Source of the DNA: an uncultured delta proteobacterium
Lineage (GTDB): Bacteria > Desulfobacterota > BSN033 > UBA1163
Direction of reading: 5' to 3'
Length of the DNA: 64,000 bases
Assembly: GCA_963827685.1 (NCBI GenBank)
Contig: CAWHBU010000004.1
Span: forward strand, 544,001 to 608,000
This document shows, piece by piece, positions 47,945-59,054 of this stretch. The notes beneath the pieces are model-generated. The model worked only from the letters and a program-made list of their open reading frames with translations. It was not told the DNA's origin and made no database searches. A program made the translations under genes and the position numbers. Numbering within the stretch: position 1 is the first letter of the stretch; each line of letters opens with the position of its first letter.

Positions 47945-49585
47945 TCATTCTGCCTTTTCAAATCTTTTTCGTTCTTCTGCTCTTAGCTCACGTCTGAGAA
48001 GCTTGCCTACCTTGGATTTAGGAAGCATATCGCGGAATTCTATATATTGCGGGACTTTGTACGGGGCTAACCTCTCGCGGCACCACTTGAGGAGATCATA
48101 GGCGCTCACACCCTTTACATCCTCCTTAAGAACTGCAAAGGCTTTGATCCTTTCGCCGACCTTCTCATCCGGAACACCCACCACACAGGCAGAGATCACC
48201 GCAGGATGTTCCTGCAATACGGCTTCTATTTCTGAAACAGCTACACGATAACCCTTGTGCTTGAGTGTGTCCACAGATCGATCTAAATAGAAGAGCCAAT
48301 CATTCTGGTCTATTCGCACGATATCACGCGTCCGGTACCAGAGTTTCCCGTCTATCTCGATAAAGCATTCGGCGGTCTCTTCAGGTTTGTTCCAGTAAGC
48401 CAGGACCATATGCTCAGAGGAGACCAACAATTCTCCCGGTTCACCAGGAGGAGCGGGTTCAAGCGTGTCGGGATCCACAAGCCTGACCTTCTGAAGAGGT
48501 GTTACCCTGCCCGCACTTCCAGCTGGAGCCTGTTCATCCATTGGAGTGAGAGACACACGGCCACAAGTCTCAGTCGCTCCATACCCTTGATAGATGGGTT
48601 TCCCAAACTTTTTGAACCACCTCTCAGCCACCTCTTTGGGTAGGACATCACCACCGGAGAAGCAGTATCTGAGCGAGCTGAGGTTATAATAGTCCACTCG
48701 GTCATGCTCAAGGATCATGCGGTATATTGCAGGGACACCAAAGAAGGTTAGTATTTTATATCTTTCAATGTGGTCAAAAAGCCCGTCCAGATTCACTCTG
48801 GGGAGCAATACGACAGTATCGCCAGAAAGGATTCCTCCTAGACCCACTTGTTGACCAAGAATATGGAAAAGCGGACCTCCTTGAATGACGATGTCTTCCC
48901 CCTTGGGAATAAAGCGTTCACTTACTGCCCTCTGCTCAGCCGCCGCTTCCAGAAATAGAATGTTTGTAAAGGGCACCCCTTTGGGGAGACCGGTGGTGCC
49001 TCCCGTGTAAAGCATTTCAACCATTTCTTCAGGCTCTGTCTTTAAGGATGGCAGAACAGAAACAGGGCCGCTTTTTAGCAGTTTTTTAAAACGGAAGATA
49101 TTCCCTCCGGAATTAAACTTCCCTACCGGAATTTTATTAAAACCCCTTCCAATTAACCATTTCCACCAGGGAAGAAGTTCAGCCAAATTGGTGACGATCA
49201 CTCTCTTCAATTTGGTTTCAGGAAGAACCTGTGTGACATACCCAAAGTTGGTATCCAGACAAAAGATGGTCTCCGCTCCGCTGTCATTGGCCATGTATTC
49301 GATATCAATGGGCGTATAGATTGGCGAGATAGGGATGGCAATAGCACCGATGCGTTGCAAAGCAAGCCAGGTGATGACCCACTGTGGACAATTAGGGAGA
49401 TAAAGGACGGCCTTATCTCCTTTTGACACACCCATTCTGTGAAGACTGGCAGCCAGACTCTCAACCGCTTCGCGCAACTGAGAATAACCGTACTGCATGC
49501 CTAGGTAAACAAGGGCTGGTTTCTCCGAGAAATCCCGACAGACTTTTTCGAACTGCTCATAAATGGAACCAAGGTTTATTTCCAT
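47945..49585 (-). CDS. AMP-forming acyl/aryl-CoA ligase
   Basis: YTGGTTGLPKG, QGYGATE, LPKSKVGK. Confidence 0.92.
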   Translation of the reverse strand: MEINLGSIYEQFEKVCRDFSEKPALVYLGMQYGYSQLREAVESLAASLHRMGVSKGDKAVLYLPNCPQWVITWLALQRIGAIAIPISPIYTPIDIEYMANDSGAETIFCLDTNFGYVTQVLPETKLKRVIVTNLAELLPWWKWLIGRGFNKIPVGKFNSGGNIFRFKKLLKSGPVSVLPSLKTEPEEMVEMLYTGGTTGLPKGVPFTNILFLEAAAEQRAVSERFIPKGEDIVIQGGPLFHILGQQVGLGGILSGDTVVLLPRVNLDGLFDHIERYKILTFFGVPAIYRMILEHDRVDYYNLSSLRYCFSGGDVLPKEVAERWFKKFGKPIYQGYGATETCGRVSLTPMDEQAPAGSAGRVTPLQKVRLVDPDTLEPAPPGEPGELLVSSEHMVLAYWNKPEETAECFIEIDGKLWYRTRDIVRIDQNDWLFYLDRSVDTLKHKGYRVAVSEIEAVLQEHPAVISACVVGVPDEKVGERIKAFAVLKEDVKGVSAYDLLKWCRERLAPYKVPQYIEFRDMLPKSKVGKLLRRELRAEERKRFEKAE

Positions 49586-49750
49586 TACGTTAATCCCCAA
49601 CCCAATGGGATACCATCGACACTGAATTCCAAATGCCAAAATCTCCTGCTAAGGCGGGATCAAATGAATGACAAATGTCTTAATGTCAATTTAGACTTTG
49701 GAATTCGAGCTTCATTTGAAATCTGAACTTTGCCATTTGACATTAGCAGG

Positions 49751-50506
49751 CTATACTCCAAAATAAGCTGCTTTCACCTCCGGGTTATCCATCAATTCCT
49801 GTCCTGTCCCAGAGAGGACGTGTATCCCGTTCTCTATGACATACCCTCGATCAATAATGGGTAGAAGGGGCCTGGCGAACTGTTCCGTAACCAGAATGGT
49901 TACACCTTCCCCCCGAATTTGCTTGATGGCCCGTCTCAGATCGCGCTGTAAAACTGGAGAGAGCCCAAGCAAGGGCTCGTCCATCAGGAGGAGGCGGGGC
50001 TTGGTCATCAATGTCATGCCAATGGCGAGCATCTGTTGTTCTCCGCCGCTACAGAACCCAGCCTTTCTTTTCTTTATATCTTTTAAATGAAAAAAGACGG
50101 AGTAAACGAAATCGAAGGTTTTCTTTATCTCAGAATCTCTTCGAAGGTAGGTAGCGATCCTCAAATTTTCTTCTACACTGCTGTCAGGAAAGATCGGATG
50201 TCTTTCTCGACTTAAAACGATCCCTTTTTTAACCCTTTTGTCAGGCTCAATGTTCGTAATATCTTCACCTTCGAACCTCACCTCACCCAGTAGAGTAATT
50301 CTCTCGCCCCCCCTGCGGTCTTCTTTCCTCTTGATGTCAATCATCAAACCGGAAATCGTGTTCATCAAAGTCGTTTTCCCAGCGCTGTTTGAACCGAGAA
50401 TACCGACAATCTCTTCCTTCCGGACCTCCAGACTGAGATCGTTGATGGCAAGGGAGTTTTCGAAAAAGACCATCAGGTTTTTTACCTCAAGCATCTCAGT
50501 CCTCAT
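49751..50506 (-). CDS. livF: Liv-type ABC ATPase
   Basis: GSNSAGKTT, SGGEQQM, DEP. Confidence 0.88.
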   Translation of the reverse strand: MRTEMLEVKNLMVFFENSLAINDLSLEVRKEEIVGILGSNSAGKTTLMNTISGLMIDIKRKEDRRGGERITLLGEVRFEGEDITNIEPDKRVKKGIVLSRERHPIFPDSSVEENLRIATYLRRDSEIKKTFDFVYSVFFHLKDIKKRKAGFCSGGEQQMLAIGMTLMTKPRLLLMDEPLLGLSPVLQRDLRRAIKQIRGEGVTILVTEQFARPLLPIIDRGYVIENGIHVLSGTGQELMDNPEVKAAYFGV

Positions 50507-51254
50507 CCTCACTTCCAAGATAGGCTGCTTTCACGGCCTCGTTTTCCATCATCTCACGAGGAGGTCCGTCGGCAATTTTAGCTCCAAAATTCAGTGCGAT
50601 GACTCGATGAGCAATTCGGAAGAGCTCTTTTAGCCGGTGCTCCACCATGATGATGCTTAAACCCTCATAGTTCAGTTTTTCGATGATGGGCAGGGTACTG
50701 GCAACCTCTGACATGGACATCCCTGAGAAAAGTTCATCAAGAATAAGCAAATCTGGTCGAAGGGCCAGGCAGCGTGCCAGTTCCAAACGCTTGAGATAAC
50801 CGTGCGGGAGACTGGAGGCCACTTTGTAAGGAACAGAGGAGTCACGTTCGAAACCGACATCTTCCAGAAGATCAATGGCAACATCATCCCGATCACCGTA
50901 TTTACCTCCCCTCAACTTCTTCACCCGGGTAGAATATAAGGGGATGATGAGGTTCTTGAAGGCCGACAGTTGATAAAACGGCTTCACCATCTGGAAGGTG
51001 CGAGCAATTCCTAATTCTGCGATCTTGTAAGGCATATTACCCGTGATGTTCTTCCCCCCGTAAATCACCTTTCCAGAATCCGGTCTCACAAAACCTGTTA
51101 GCAAGTTGACCAGCGTGGTCTTTCCGGAACCGTTTGGGCCGATGATGCCAAGAAGCTCCCCTTTTTGCAAAGAAAAGTTTACCCTGACAATGGCAGCTAC
51201 TCCACCAAAGTTTTTACTTATTTCTTCGACCTTTAAAATGGCCCCGTCTTCCAT
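50496..51254 (-). CDS. livG: Liv-type ABC ATPase
   Basis: GPNGSGKTT, ARTFQ, VEH, AYLG. Confidence 0.88.
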   Translation of the reverse strand: MEDGAILKVEEISKNFGGVAAIVRVNFSLQKGELLGIIGPNGSGKTTLVNLLTGFVRPDSGKVIYGGKNITGNMPYKIAELGIARTFQMVKPFYQLSAFKNLIIPLYSTRVKKLRGGKYGDRDDVAIDLLEDVGFERDSSVPYKVASSLPHGYLKRLELARCLALRPDLLILDELFSGMSMSEVASTLPIIEKLNYEGLSIIMVEHRLKELFRIAHRVIALNFGAKIADGPPREMMENEAVKAAYLGSEDED

Positions 51255-51255
51255 C

Positions 51256-52278
51256 TTACCCCACATCCACCATTCTTTCGAATTGGTGATACTTTCTCCT
51301 TATGTAGTGAAAGACTCCTTCAGGAAGCCCCACAATGCAAATGATCAGAATAGCGGAGTAGAATACCACTCTCAATGTTCCAACGGCGCGAAGGACTTCA
51401 GAAAGAGGCATCAGAATAAAAGCGCCTATCGTTGGACCGGCGAAGCTTCCCACTCCGCCCAAAACAGCAGCGGTCAAAGGTAAGATCGAATAATCCATTG
51501 CGAAGGCAGCCATTCCCACGACCTGGCTGTAATGTGTCATGAAAGCTCCAGCAAACGCCCCTGCCAGACCGGCAATGAAAACCGCTTGGGCCTTGAACCA
51601 GTAGATGTTGATTGCTCCGCTCATGACCGCCCGATCATTATCACGAATCCCTTGAAGAACCAGCCCATAATCCTCATTGATCAATCTGCGAAAACCGAAA
51701 AGGCAAATGAGCAGCGCAAAAACAGGAACATAAAGTTCAACCCATATGTTGGGAAGAGGAGAAAGGGCACTCATTCCCTCAGTTCCTCCAAGAATTTTTG
51801 TTGTCTCAATAAATCGTGCGAGCAGTAAGGGTAAGGTCAAAGTGACGATGGCAAAGTATACCCCTCTTAATCTCAGAACTGGCAAGAGTAAAAGGGTACA
51901 GAAAAATGCTCCACCCAGAGTGCCCAAAGGAATGGTTAAAATGGGTGGCAATTTAAAGGTATAATTTAAAAAGCCTGTTATATAAGCCCCTGCACCGAAG
52001 AAAAGGGCTTGACCCAAGGATATCAATCCCACAGAGGCCATCAAATCCCAACTCAAGGCAAGCAATGCGATGGTACAGGTGATCATCAAGACCTTTTCCC
52101 AATAGAGTCCAATCACCCCTTTCAATAGAGGAAGGATGAGCAAGATCATGACTGGCAAGGCTCGAGGGAGCAACAGATATAACATTTCCCTGTAAGATGA
52201 AAGGGCGAAGATATCCTCACATCTCGCCTTAATTCCCCGATCCAGTCTCTCCCTTCGTAATCTCATTGCAGAACCCAT
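51256..52278 (-). CDS. livM: Liv-type ABC permease
   Basis: SLGQALFFG, LRLRGVYFAIVTL, GGTEG. Confidence 0.88.
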   Translation of the reverse strand: MGSAMRLRRERLDRGIKARCEDIFALSSYREMLYLLLPRALPVMILLILPLLKGVIGLYWEKVLMITCTIALLALSWDLMASVGLISLGQALFFGAGAYITGFLNYTFKLPPILTIPLGTLGGAFFCTLLLLPVLRLRGVYFAIVTLTLPLLLARFIETTKILGGTEGMSALSPLPNIWVELYVPVFALLICLFGFRRLINEDYGLVLQGIRDNDRAVMSGAINIYWFKAQAVFIAGLAGAFAGAFMTHYSQVVGMAAFAMDYSILPLTAAVLGGVGSFAGPTIGAFILMPLSEVLRAVGTLRVVFYSAILIICIVGLPEGVFHYIRRKYHQFERMVDVG

Positions 52279-52364
52279 TTGATTTGTCTTGTCCTTCCCC
52301 CTTTAACTCCCTGCTTTGCCTTTACGGATTTGGCATACTATAGTGAACGCCCCAAGAAAAGTTG

Positions 52365-52428
52365 TCGTTGCGAGGAGCGAAGCGACGTGGCAATCCCCTG
52401 AGATTGCTTCACTTCGTTCGCAATGACA
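52365..52428. repeat. GTC(A/G)TTGCGAG...CGCAATGAC REP-like palindrome
   Basis: same family as 11787-11931. Confidence 0.6.
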
Positions 52429-52470
52429 TTTTGAGGATGTCAACTCTTTCAAGTCGTTCATTCCGCATTC

Positions 52471-53343
52471 TTAGACCCTTTCCTCCAATTCCTTAAACTT
52501 CCCAAACAGACCCGATGGCTTGATCGCAAGAACTAAGACGATCGCTGCGAGATAGACGACCATCATCCATTCAGGCTTAAAGTATGTACCGGTGATGACC
52601 TGAGCGTATCCAAGGATGAGGCTTGCCACAAGAATCCCGGAAACGCTTTCCAGTCCTCCAACAATCCCAACGGCCACGGCTATCAGCAACACCTCATATC
52701 CCTGATTGATTGAAATGATACCCAGAGGAAGAATGACAACAGCAGCGACAGCAGCCATCGCCGAACCAAAGGCTAAGCTGAGGGCAGCGGTCCAATCCGA
52801 TCTTATACCGAGGGAGATCGCTGTACGCTCATTCTGAGCGATCCCCCTAAAGGCCAAACCAATCCGGGTATGGTGAGTAAAGAAATACAGAAAGAGGACC
52901 ATCGCCAATCCAATTCCAATGATGAAGAGACGCTGATAGTCGACCGGTGCTCCAGCGATGAACACCATCCCCTTTTTTAAATAAGGCAGGGTGTACTCAT
53001 AGGTGACAAATCCCAACCAGCGGAATAACTCCAATATCCCAACCCCCAAGGCGAATGTGGCGATCACCTCGGACAACGGTATCCCCCGCACCCTCAAAAG
53101 GATGACCCAGTAAGTAGCGAACCCTAGAAGTCCGACAACCCCTATCGTCACTACGATGGCCAGGATGAAGGGGAATTTAAGATAGTTGAGGAGCATCCAA
53201 ACAAGAAATCCACTGAGGATATAAAAACTTCCGTAGGCAAAATTAGCCACCCCACTAATACCGAATGTGAGGCTAAACCCCATAGCGATCAGGGCTAAAA
53301 TCACACTATTCACCAGACCGTATATGATTATGCTGCTTATCAT
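52471..53343 (-). CDS. livH: Liv-type ABC permease
   Basis: LALIAMGFSLTFG...NFAYG, T..GLAFR..AQN. Confidence 0.88.
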   Translation of the reverse strand: MISSIIIYGLVNSVILALIAMGFSLTFGISGVANFAYGSFYILSGFLVWMLLNYLKFPFILAIVVTIGVVGLLGFATYWVILLRVRGIPLSEVIATFALGVGILELFRWLGFVTYEYTLPYLKKGMVFIAGAPVDYQRLFIIGIGLAMVLFLYFFTHHTRIGLAFRGIAQNERTAISLGIRSDWTAALSLAFGSAMAAVAAVVILPLGIISINQGYEVLLIAVAVGIVGGLESVSGILVASLILGYAQVITGTYFKPEWMMVVYLAAIVLVLAIKPSGLFGKFKELEERV

Positions 53344-53490
53344 TTTCGCCACACTCGTTCTCCTCCCCCTTCAATGGGGGAGGATTAGCATGCCTACCGC
53401 AGGCAGGCGCGAACCACGAAAATCTATATTCCCCCCCTCTTCCCCCTTTGTATGGACTGGGAGGGATTTTATAAAACTATTTTCTAATTT

Positions 53491-53527
53491 AAAAATGGGG
53501 GCGATCTTTCATCGGAAGATCGCCCCT
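53491..53527 (-). terminator. rho-independent terminator/attenuator after the SBP genes
   Basis: ggggcgatctt...aagatcgcccc stem followed by a T-run on the minus strand. Confidence 0.65.
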
Positions 53528-53547
53528 TCGAAAGTTTAAACCAAGCT

Positions 53548-54831
53548 TCATTTCATATAAGCAGGAAGCTCAATCTTCCCCTCAGCAACTACCTCCGGGA
53601 AGATAACCATTCTTTTCCCAGGCTTCACCCATTGAAAACCACACCCAATTGCCGTCTCTTTAGGATCAAAACCATAAACGACCTGATGATCCTTGGTAAA
53701 TCTTATTCTTCCAACGACTCCTTGCATATCTGTTTGTTCGAGGGCTTTGACCACTGCATCCGGTTCGATGGTCTTGGCACGCTCAATCGCATTAGCCATA
53801 ATATAGACAGCATCATAACTCGGTCCTGGTCCATGATGTGAGAGTCTCTTCCTTGCTTCTTCTCCCCATTTTTTACCGAAATTCTGGTTAAAAGCAACGG
53901 ACTTGGGTACTGCTTTTACTGGAACTGGTCCAACTTCATATTGCATATTGATCATCCCCTCTACTTCTCCTTTAAAAACTCCCCAGGCATTCTCGGGGGC
54001 GAGCGGGCTTGTAGAACCAGCAAGCAGAGCCGGAATTTCCATCGCGCGAGCTTGCTTAAGCAAAATGCTGCTTTGTGGCATGTCAAATATAGGCACGATC
54101 ACCTGGGCCTTTTGAGCCCTCACCTTGACCAAGGATGGTGAGAAGTCAGAAGACCCTGTAGCATAAGCATCAAAACTGATAACTTCCCAACCGTTCTCCT
54201 TGTACCACTTCTCTAATCCTTGCCCGGTCCCCTTGGCCCACAGCACGTCTTGCGTGATAATGTATGCCTTGTTGAAGTTAAATTCCTTTTTTATAAACCC
54301 CATTACTCCGCCTAAATACGTCGCAAGGTAGGGAGTATTCATGCAATTTCGGAAGATATATCTATATTTGTCGTACTCATCCGTAACCTTTTTCTGCATG
54401 AGCGGGCTCATGGCAATAGAGCAAATGTAAGGCAATTTATATTTAGAAATAAGATCCATAGTTGACAATAAAACCTCAGAGCGGAAATTGCCCAGTACGA
54501 TTGCATGGGGCTTCTTCTCCAAGATGAGCTTCTCCGTCGCCGTCAACGCATCTTGCACCGGGATTCCGGGCTCATGCTCCCTCGTATCGATGGAATAGGC
54601 TTTAAGGAGGTGCTTTCTATTGCCTACCTGCACGCCACCCTTCGCATTGATCTCATCCACTGCCATCTGAATGGCCATCCAGCCGTCTCTCCCTTCGATA
54701 GAACCTAAGGCTGTTGGAACCCCAAAGACAATCGGGTCACCAGGTTTGAGTTGGGCAACGGCTGCATAAGGAAGGGTCATGAGAATCGCTAAAACGGAAA
54801 GAATAAGGATAAGACATGTGTTCTTTTTCAT
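53548..54831 (-). CDS. Liv-type ABC substrate-binding protein
   Basis: signal peptide; AVDEINAKGGV. Confidence 0.9.
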   Translation of the reverse strand: MKKNTCLILILSVLAILMTLPYAAVAQLKPGDPIVFGVPTALGSIEGRDGWMAIQMAVDEINAKGGVQVGNRKHLLKAYSIDTREHEPGIPVQDALTATEKLILEKKPHAIVLGNFRSEVLLSTMDLISKYKLPYICSIAMSPLMQKKVTDEYDKYRYIFRNCMNTPYLATYLGGVMGFIKKEFNFNKAYIITQDVLWAKGTGQGLEKWYKENGWEVISFDAYATGSSDFSPSLVKVRAQKAQVIVPIFDMPQSSILLKQARAMEIPALLAGSTSPLAPENAWGVFKGEVEGMINMQYEVGPVPVKAVPKSVAFNQNFGKKWGEEARKRLSHHGPGPSYDAVYIMANAIERAKTIEPDAVVKALEQTDMQGVVGRIRFTKDHQVVYGFDPKETAIGCGFQWVKPGKRMVIFPEVVAEGKIELPAYMK

Positions 54832-54859
54832 AAGCCTCTCCTCCTCGTGAACAAAGACT

Positions 54860-56142
54860 TTATTTCATATGAAGTGGAAGATCGATCTTCCCTTCTGCAA
54901 CGACCTCTGGAAAGACAACCACCCTGGTTCCGGGTTTTTTCCATTGAAATCCACAGCCCAGTGCTGTCTCTTTGGGATCGATCCCATATACGACTTGATG
55001 ATCTTTACTAAACCTGATCCTTCCCACAACCCCCATCATATCCGTCTTCTCAAGGGCAGTGACAAGGGAGTCGGGATCGAGAGTCTTAGCACGCGCAACC
55101 GCATCGGCAAAGATATAAACAGAGTCGTAGCTCGGCCCCGGACCATGACCTGAGAGCTTCTTTCTCGCTTCCTCCCCCCACTTTCTCCCAAAATTCTGAT
55201 TAAAGGCTACGGACTTGGGCACGGCTTTCACAGGGACCGGTCCAATTTCAAACTGCATGTTTACCATTCCTTCCACCTCTTTCTCAAACACATCCCAAGC
55301 ATTTTCAGGGGCAATAGGACTGATGAAACCGGTTAGGAGAGCCGGAATCTGCATCGTACGGGCCTGCTTTAGCAGAGTTCCACTTTGAGGCATGTCAAAA
55401 AAGGTTACGATTAACTGGGCTTTTTGAGCTCTGACCTTCATAAGAGATGGAGAAAAATCACTGGCACCCAAGGCATAAGCATCATAACCCCCCACTTCCC
55501 AACCATTTTCCTTGTACCATTTATCCAATCCTTTTCCGGTCGCTTGAGCCCATAACGTATCTTGTACAATAATATATGCCTTGTTGAAGCCAAACTGTTT
55601 TCTGATATACCCCATCACTTCTGCCATATACATGGCGAGGTAGGGAGAATTAAGACAATTTCGAAAGCAATATTTATATTTATCATAGTCATCTACAATC
55701 TTTTTCTGGAACAAGGGTGTCATTGCGATGCAACATATATAGGGCAATTTATACTTGGAAATAAGGTCCATCGTTGCAAACAATACCTCAGAACGGAAAT
55801 TACCCAGGGCAATCACATGCGGCTTCTTCTCCAAGATAAGCTTTTCCGTCGCTGTCAATGCATCCTGCACCGGAATTCCGGCTCATGCTCTCTCGTATCG
55901 ATGGAATAAGCTTTGAAGAGATGTTTTGTATTGCCTACCTTCACGCCTCCCTTTGCATTGATCTCTTCCACCGCCATCTGAATGGCCATCCAGCCGTCCC
56001 GCCCCTCAATAGAACCTAAGGCTGTTGGAACCCCCAAGACAATTGGATCACCGGGTTTGAGCTGGGCGACGGCGTTGTGAGATATACCAATGAAGACCGT
56101 TAGGACAAAAAAGAAAGAAACTAAAAATGCACTCTTTTTCAT
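54860..56142 (-). pseudogene. paralogous substrate-binding protein split by a 1-nt frameshift (or a sequencing error)
   Basis: ORFs 55855-56142 and 54860-55870 together are colinear with 53548-54831; HEPGIPVQ is broken at about 55879. Confidence 0.85.
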
Positions 56143-56298
56143 AACCCACTCCTCCTTTCTGTTATCTTTCTCATCGCACCCTCAAGAATTTAAGGGGATA
56201 TTACTAATTCCCTCACCAACAGACTTCATCCAGCTTTTTGCTTGGTCCATATCCCCACTTTTTAAAGAGTCTATTCTGTCAATGCTTCGCCCCCCTCC

Positions 56299-56650
56299 CT
56301 ATTTAGGAGAAGATGCGTGAGTCCGTATGAACTCAAGAATGTCAGGGCCGATGTACTCGTCGCTCGTGTTGATGTGGTATATCTCTGATAAGTGATTGTG
56401 ACCTATGAGTTGCTTGATCGCTGGACAGGCCTTGTCACGTTGACTCAAGGCCTGAAGCAATTCCACTGTTTGAACGTCAAAGTGATAAGGATTGAACTCG
56501 GCAAAGGCCTCTATGAACACGGGAATTTTGCGTCCCTCTATATGTCTTATCGACGCCATAGAGGGGTATTTTGACACATCTTCACCATAGTAAGCTGGTG
56601 CTGGGACCTTTGCTGGATCACAAAGTCCTGACATGAGTATTGCTCCATTG
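56299..56650 (-). pseudogene. alpha/beta hydrolase C-terminal fragment
   Basis: GAILMSG...GHNHLSE; no N-terminal half or GxSxG nucleophile motif. Confidence 0.6.
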
Positions 56651-56654
56651 ATCG

Positions 56655-56668
56655 ACCGAGTGATCGGT
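56655..56668. promoter_or_regulatory. putative TetR operator
   Basis: ACCGA-gtga-TCGGT palindrome; similar site and flank at about 57535-57560 next to the tetR start. Confidence 0.5.
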
Positions 56669-56913
56669 AGATTATTTTAATAGTTTATTTATCAGATAGC
56701 AAAATCTTTGTCAAGACTTTTTTTAACATTTAACTTTTATGTAATTTAGACATAGCCAAGGCACAGAACCGGATGACGCCCATTTTCCCTTCGAGCGGAG
56801 GAAGGGCGGGAATCGGGGAGGTAAGTCGAATCTTTTGAAATTCCAGAAAGAAAACGGAGGGGCAGGGCCGGGAGAGAAAACTGATTCTTAACATGCCGCG
56901 GAACATTTCCATA

Positions 56914-57492
56914 TTAGGCACCTGGGGCTAGTATTCCTCTGAGGAAAACCTCATTAAATATTATTCCTAACTGGTTTGGTCCGATCCCTCTTGTAGATTT
57001 GGGATTGTACCATTGGTACGTCCAGTGGACCATACCAAAAAAGATAAAGGCAAGGATCGAATGGTCTATCGGTTTCAAAAGCTTCCTTTTGGCCAAGTCT
57101 TTAAATAGGTGTTTTAATGCCTCTACGTAGTCACGTTCCTTCTTGATGCATATCTGTCGGTGTTCGGGGATAAGGGATTTCCTTTCGGAAATCAGAATGG
57201 TTAGTTGATGTTTATGTCCGGCGTATTGCTCGACATAGAACTTACAAATCTCACTCAATTTTTCTATTGGGTCGATGTCGGCGTTGTAGATTTCGATGAT
57301 TTTCTTGTACGCATTTTCCATGAACAGGGTCATGATCGCATAGAGGATCTCTTCCTTAGAAGAAAAATAATGGAACATCCCGGGTACGCTTAAGCCTGCT
57401 TTCTCAGCGATATTTCGCACGGAGGTTCCATCAAAGCCTTTCGGTGCAAACAGTTCTGTGGCAGCCTTTAGAATTCTTTCTTTGTTCGACAT
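56914..57492 (-). CDS. TetR family regulator (KstR2-like)
   Basis: ILKAATELF..KGF.GTSVR.IA..AG.S...YFSSKEEIL; GMVHWTYQWY; alternative start 57525. Confidence 0.92.
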   Translation of the reverse strand: MSNKERILKAATELFAPKGFDGTSVRNIAEKAGLSVPGMFHYFSSKEEILYAIMTLFMENAYKKIIEIYNADIDPIEKLSEICKFYVEQYAGHKHQLTILISERKSLIPEHRQICIKKERDYVEALKHLFKDLAKRKLLKPIDHSILAFIFFGMVHWTYQWYNPKSTRGIGPNQLGIIFNEVFLRGILAPGA

Positions 57493-57624
57493 GAATAATC
57501 TTGATCTATTCTGTTTTTTTACCATAAACGATAGAACGGGTAATCGGTAGAATATTTAAGTCGTTTACTTATCAAATGGCAACATTTTTGGCAAGACTTT
57601 CTTAAGAGATCATTCTTTGCCTTG

Positions 57625-58773
57625 TCAGTATTTCCCCAGAAGCTCTCGGGCTATAATTGTTTTTTCAACCTCTTTGGTTCCTTCGTAGATTTCGACCACC
57701 TTGCAATCCCGGTAGAAACGCTCGATAGGGTAGTCTCCGATAAACCCATATCCTCCGTGGAGTTGAAGGGCTTCTTCAGCGACCCTCACTGCCGTCTCTC
57801 CTGTGTACCACTTCGCCATGGAGATGAGGTGAGGTTGCACTCTCCCGTGGTCGAGAAGCCAGGCGGCTTTCCGGTAGAGATTTCGTCCCGCTTCGATTCG
57901 GGTGGCCATTTCTGCAATCTTGAACTGCGTGACCTGGAAGGAGGCGAGGGGTTTACCAAATTGTTGCCGCTTTCGAACATGTTTGATGGCCTGCTCCATG
58001 GCTCCCTGGGCCAGCCCTACCGCTTCGGCGGCTACGTGGAGCCGGGTGTGATCGAAGAAGACCATAAATTGCTGAAACCCTCGACCTGGGGTTCCGACCA
58101 GATTCTCTTTGGGTACCCTGACATCGCTGAAAGAGATTTCAGCCGTATCAGAGGCACGGAGGCCAAGCTTGTTTCTCAGCTTCGTGGCCTCGAAGCCTTT
58201 ACGATCTGTCTCAACCATGACCACACTGAATCGGTCATGCCGGGATTTGGCGTGAGGTTCTGTCACGCAAAGGACCAAAAGATAATCGGCAAGGGTCCCG
58301 CCGGTGATGAATGTTTTGGTACCATTGATGACATATTCGTTACCATCCAGAATCGCAGTGGTCCTAACCGAGGAGACGTCACTTCCCGCATCCGGTTCGG
58401 TGATGGCAGCTCCGGTGATGGCCCTCGCCTGCACCAGGGGAGGCACCCATTTCATTTTTTGCTCCTCAGTGCCAAAAAGGAGAATTATTTCCGAGCCAAA
58501 AGTGCCTGCCAGGATAAAATGGGCGATCCCAGGGTCAACCCGCCAGAATTCCTCGTTGATGAGGCAGTGCTCCAAGAACCCTAATCCTTGACCGTCGTAG
58601 GCCTCGGGAATGAAGACACCGACAAAGCCAAGTCTGCAAGCCTTTTCCCAGAGATGTTTTGGAGACTTCTCCTCCCGGTCGCACTCCTGGGCTAGATCCG
58701 GGAACTCTTTCTCAGCAAATTCTCTTGCGGCCTTGATGATATCCTGCTGTTCATGCGTCAGATCGAAGTCCAT
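57625..58773 (-). CDS. acyl-CoA dehydrogenase
   Basis: AITEPDAGSD, LQLHGGYG, EIYEGT; paralog of 46645-47793. Confidence 0.95.
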   Translation of the reverse strand: MDFDLTHEQQDIIKAAREFAEKEFPDLAQECDREEKSPKHLWEKACRLGFVGVFIPEAYDGQGLGFLEHCLINEEFWRVDPGIAHFILAGTFGSEIILLFGTEEQKMKWVPPLVQARAITGAAITEPDAGSDVSSVRTTAILDGNEYVINGTKTFITGGTLADYLLVLCVTEPHAKSRHDRFSVVMVETDRKGFEATKLRNKLGLRASDTAEISFSDVRVPKENLVGTPGRGFQQFMVFFDHTRLHVAAEAVGLAQGAMEQAIKHVRKRQQFGKPLASFQVTQFKIAEMATRIEAGRNLYRKAAWLLDHGRVQPHLISMAKWYTGETAVRVAEEALQLHGGYGFIGDYPIERFYRDCKVVEIYEGTKEVEKTIIARELLGKY

Positions 58774-59054
58774 GATTATCCTTCCTTGACCAACCGATTC
58801 CTTGTTTCCGTCTTCGCTAACTCCCGTGCGGCTAAACGGATCTGTTTTGCCGGTTGGCCAGTTCAAAATCCATAACAACTCCCTATTTTAAGATGAAACC
58901 AAACCTATTTTAATATGAGTGGGAAATGGTTTCAATGATCTATAAAGTTTTTGGGTCCCATCGATTCTTTGCCCGGATCAGTCGTCCTGGCCATGGCCTG
59001 GCTTAGTTCAAGTTTGCTGCCTCACTATAGTGGTTTTATATCTCCGGAAGATTT

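Noticed and set aside
57622-58584. long plus-strand ORFs antisense to real genes (also 2938-3444, 26088-26747 minus, 61832-62371)
   Set aside because: Shadow frames of well-supported genes with no recognisable motifs
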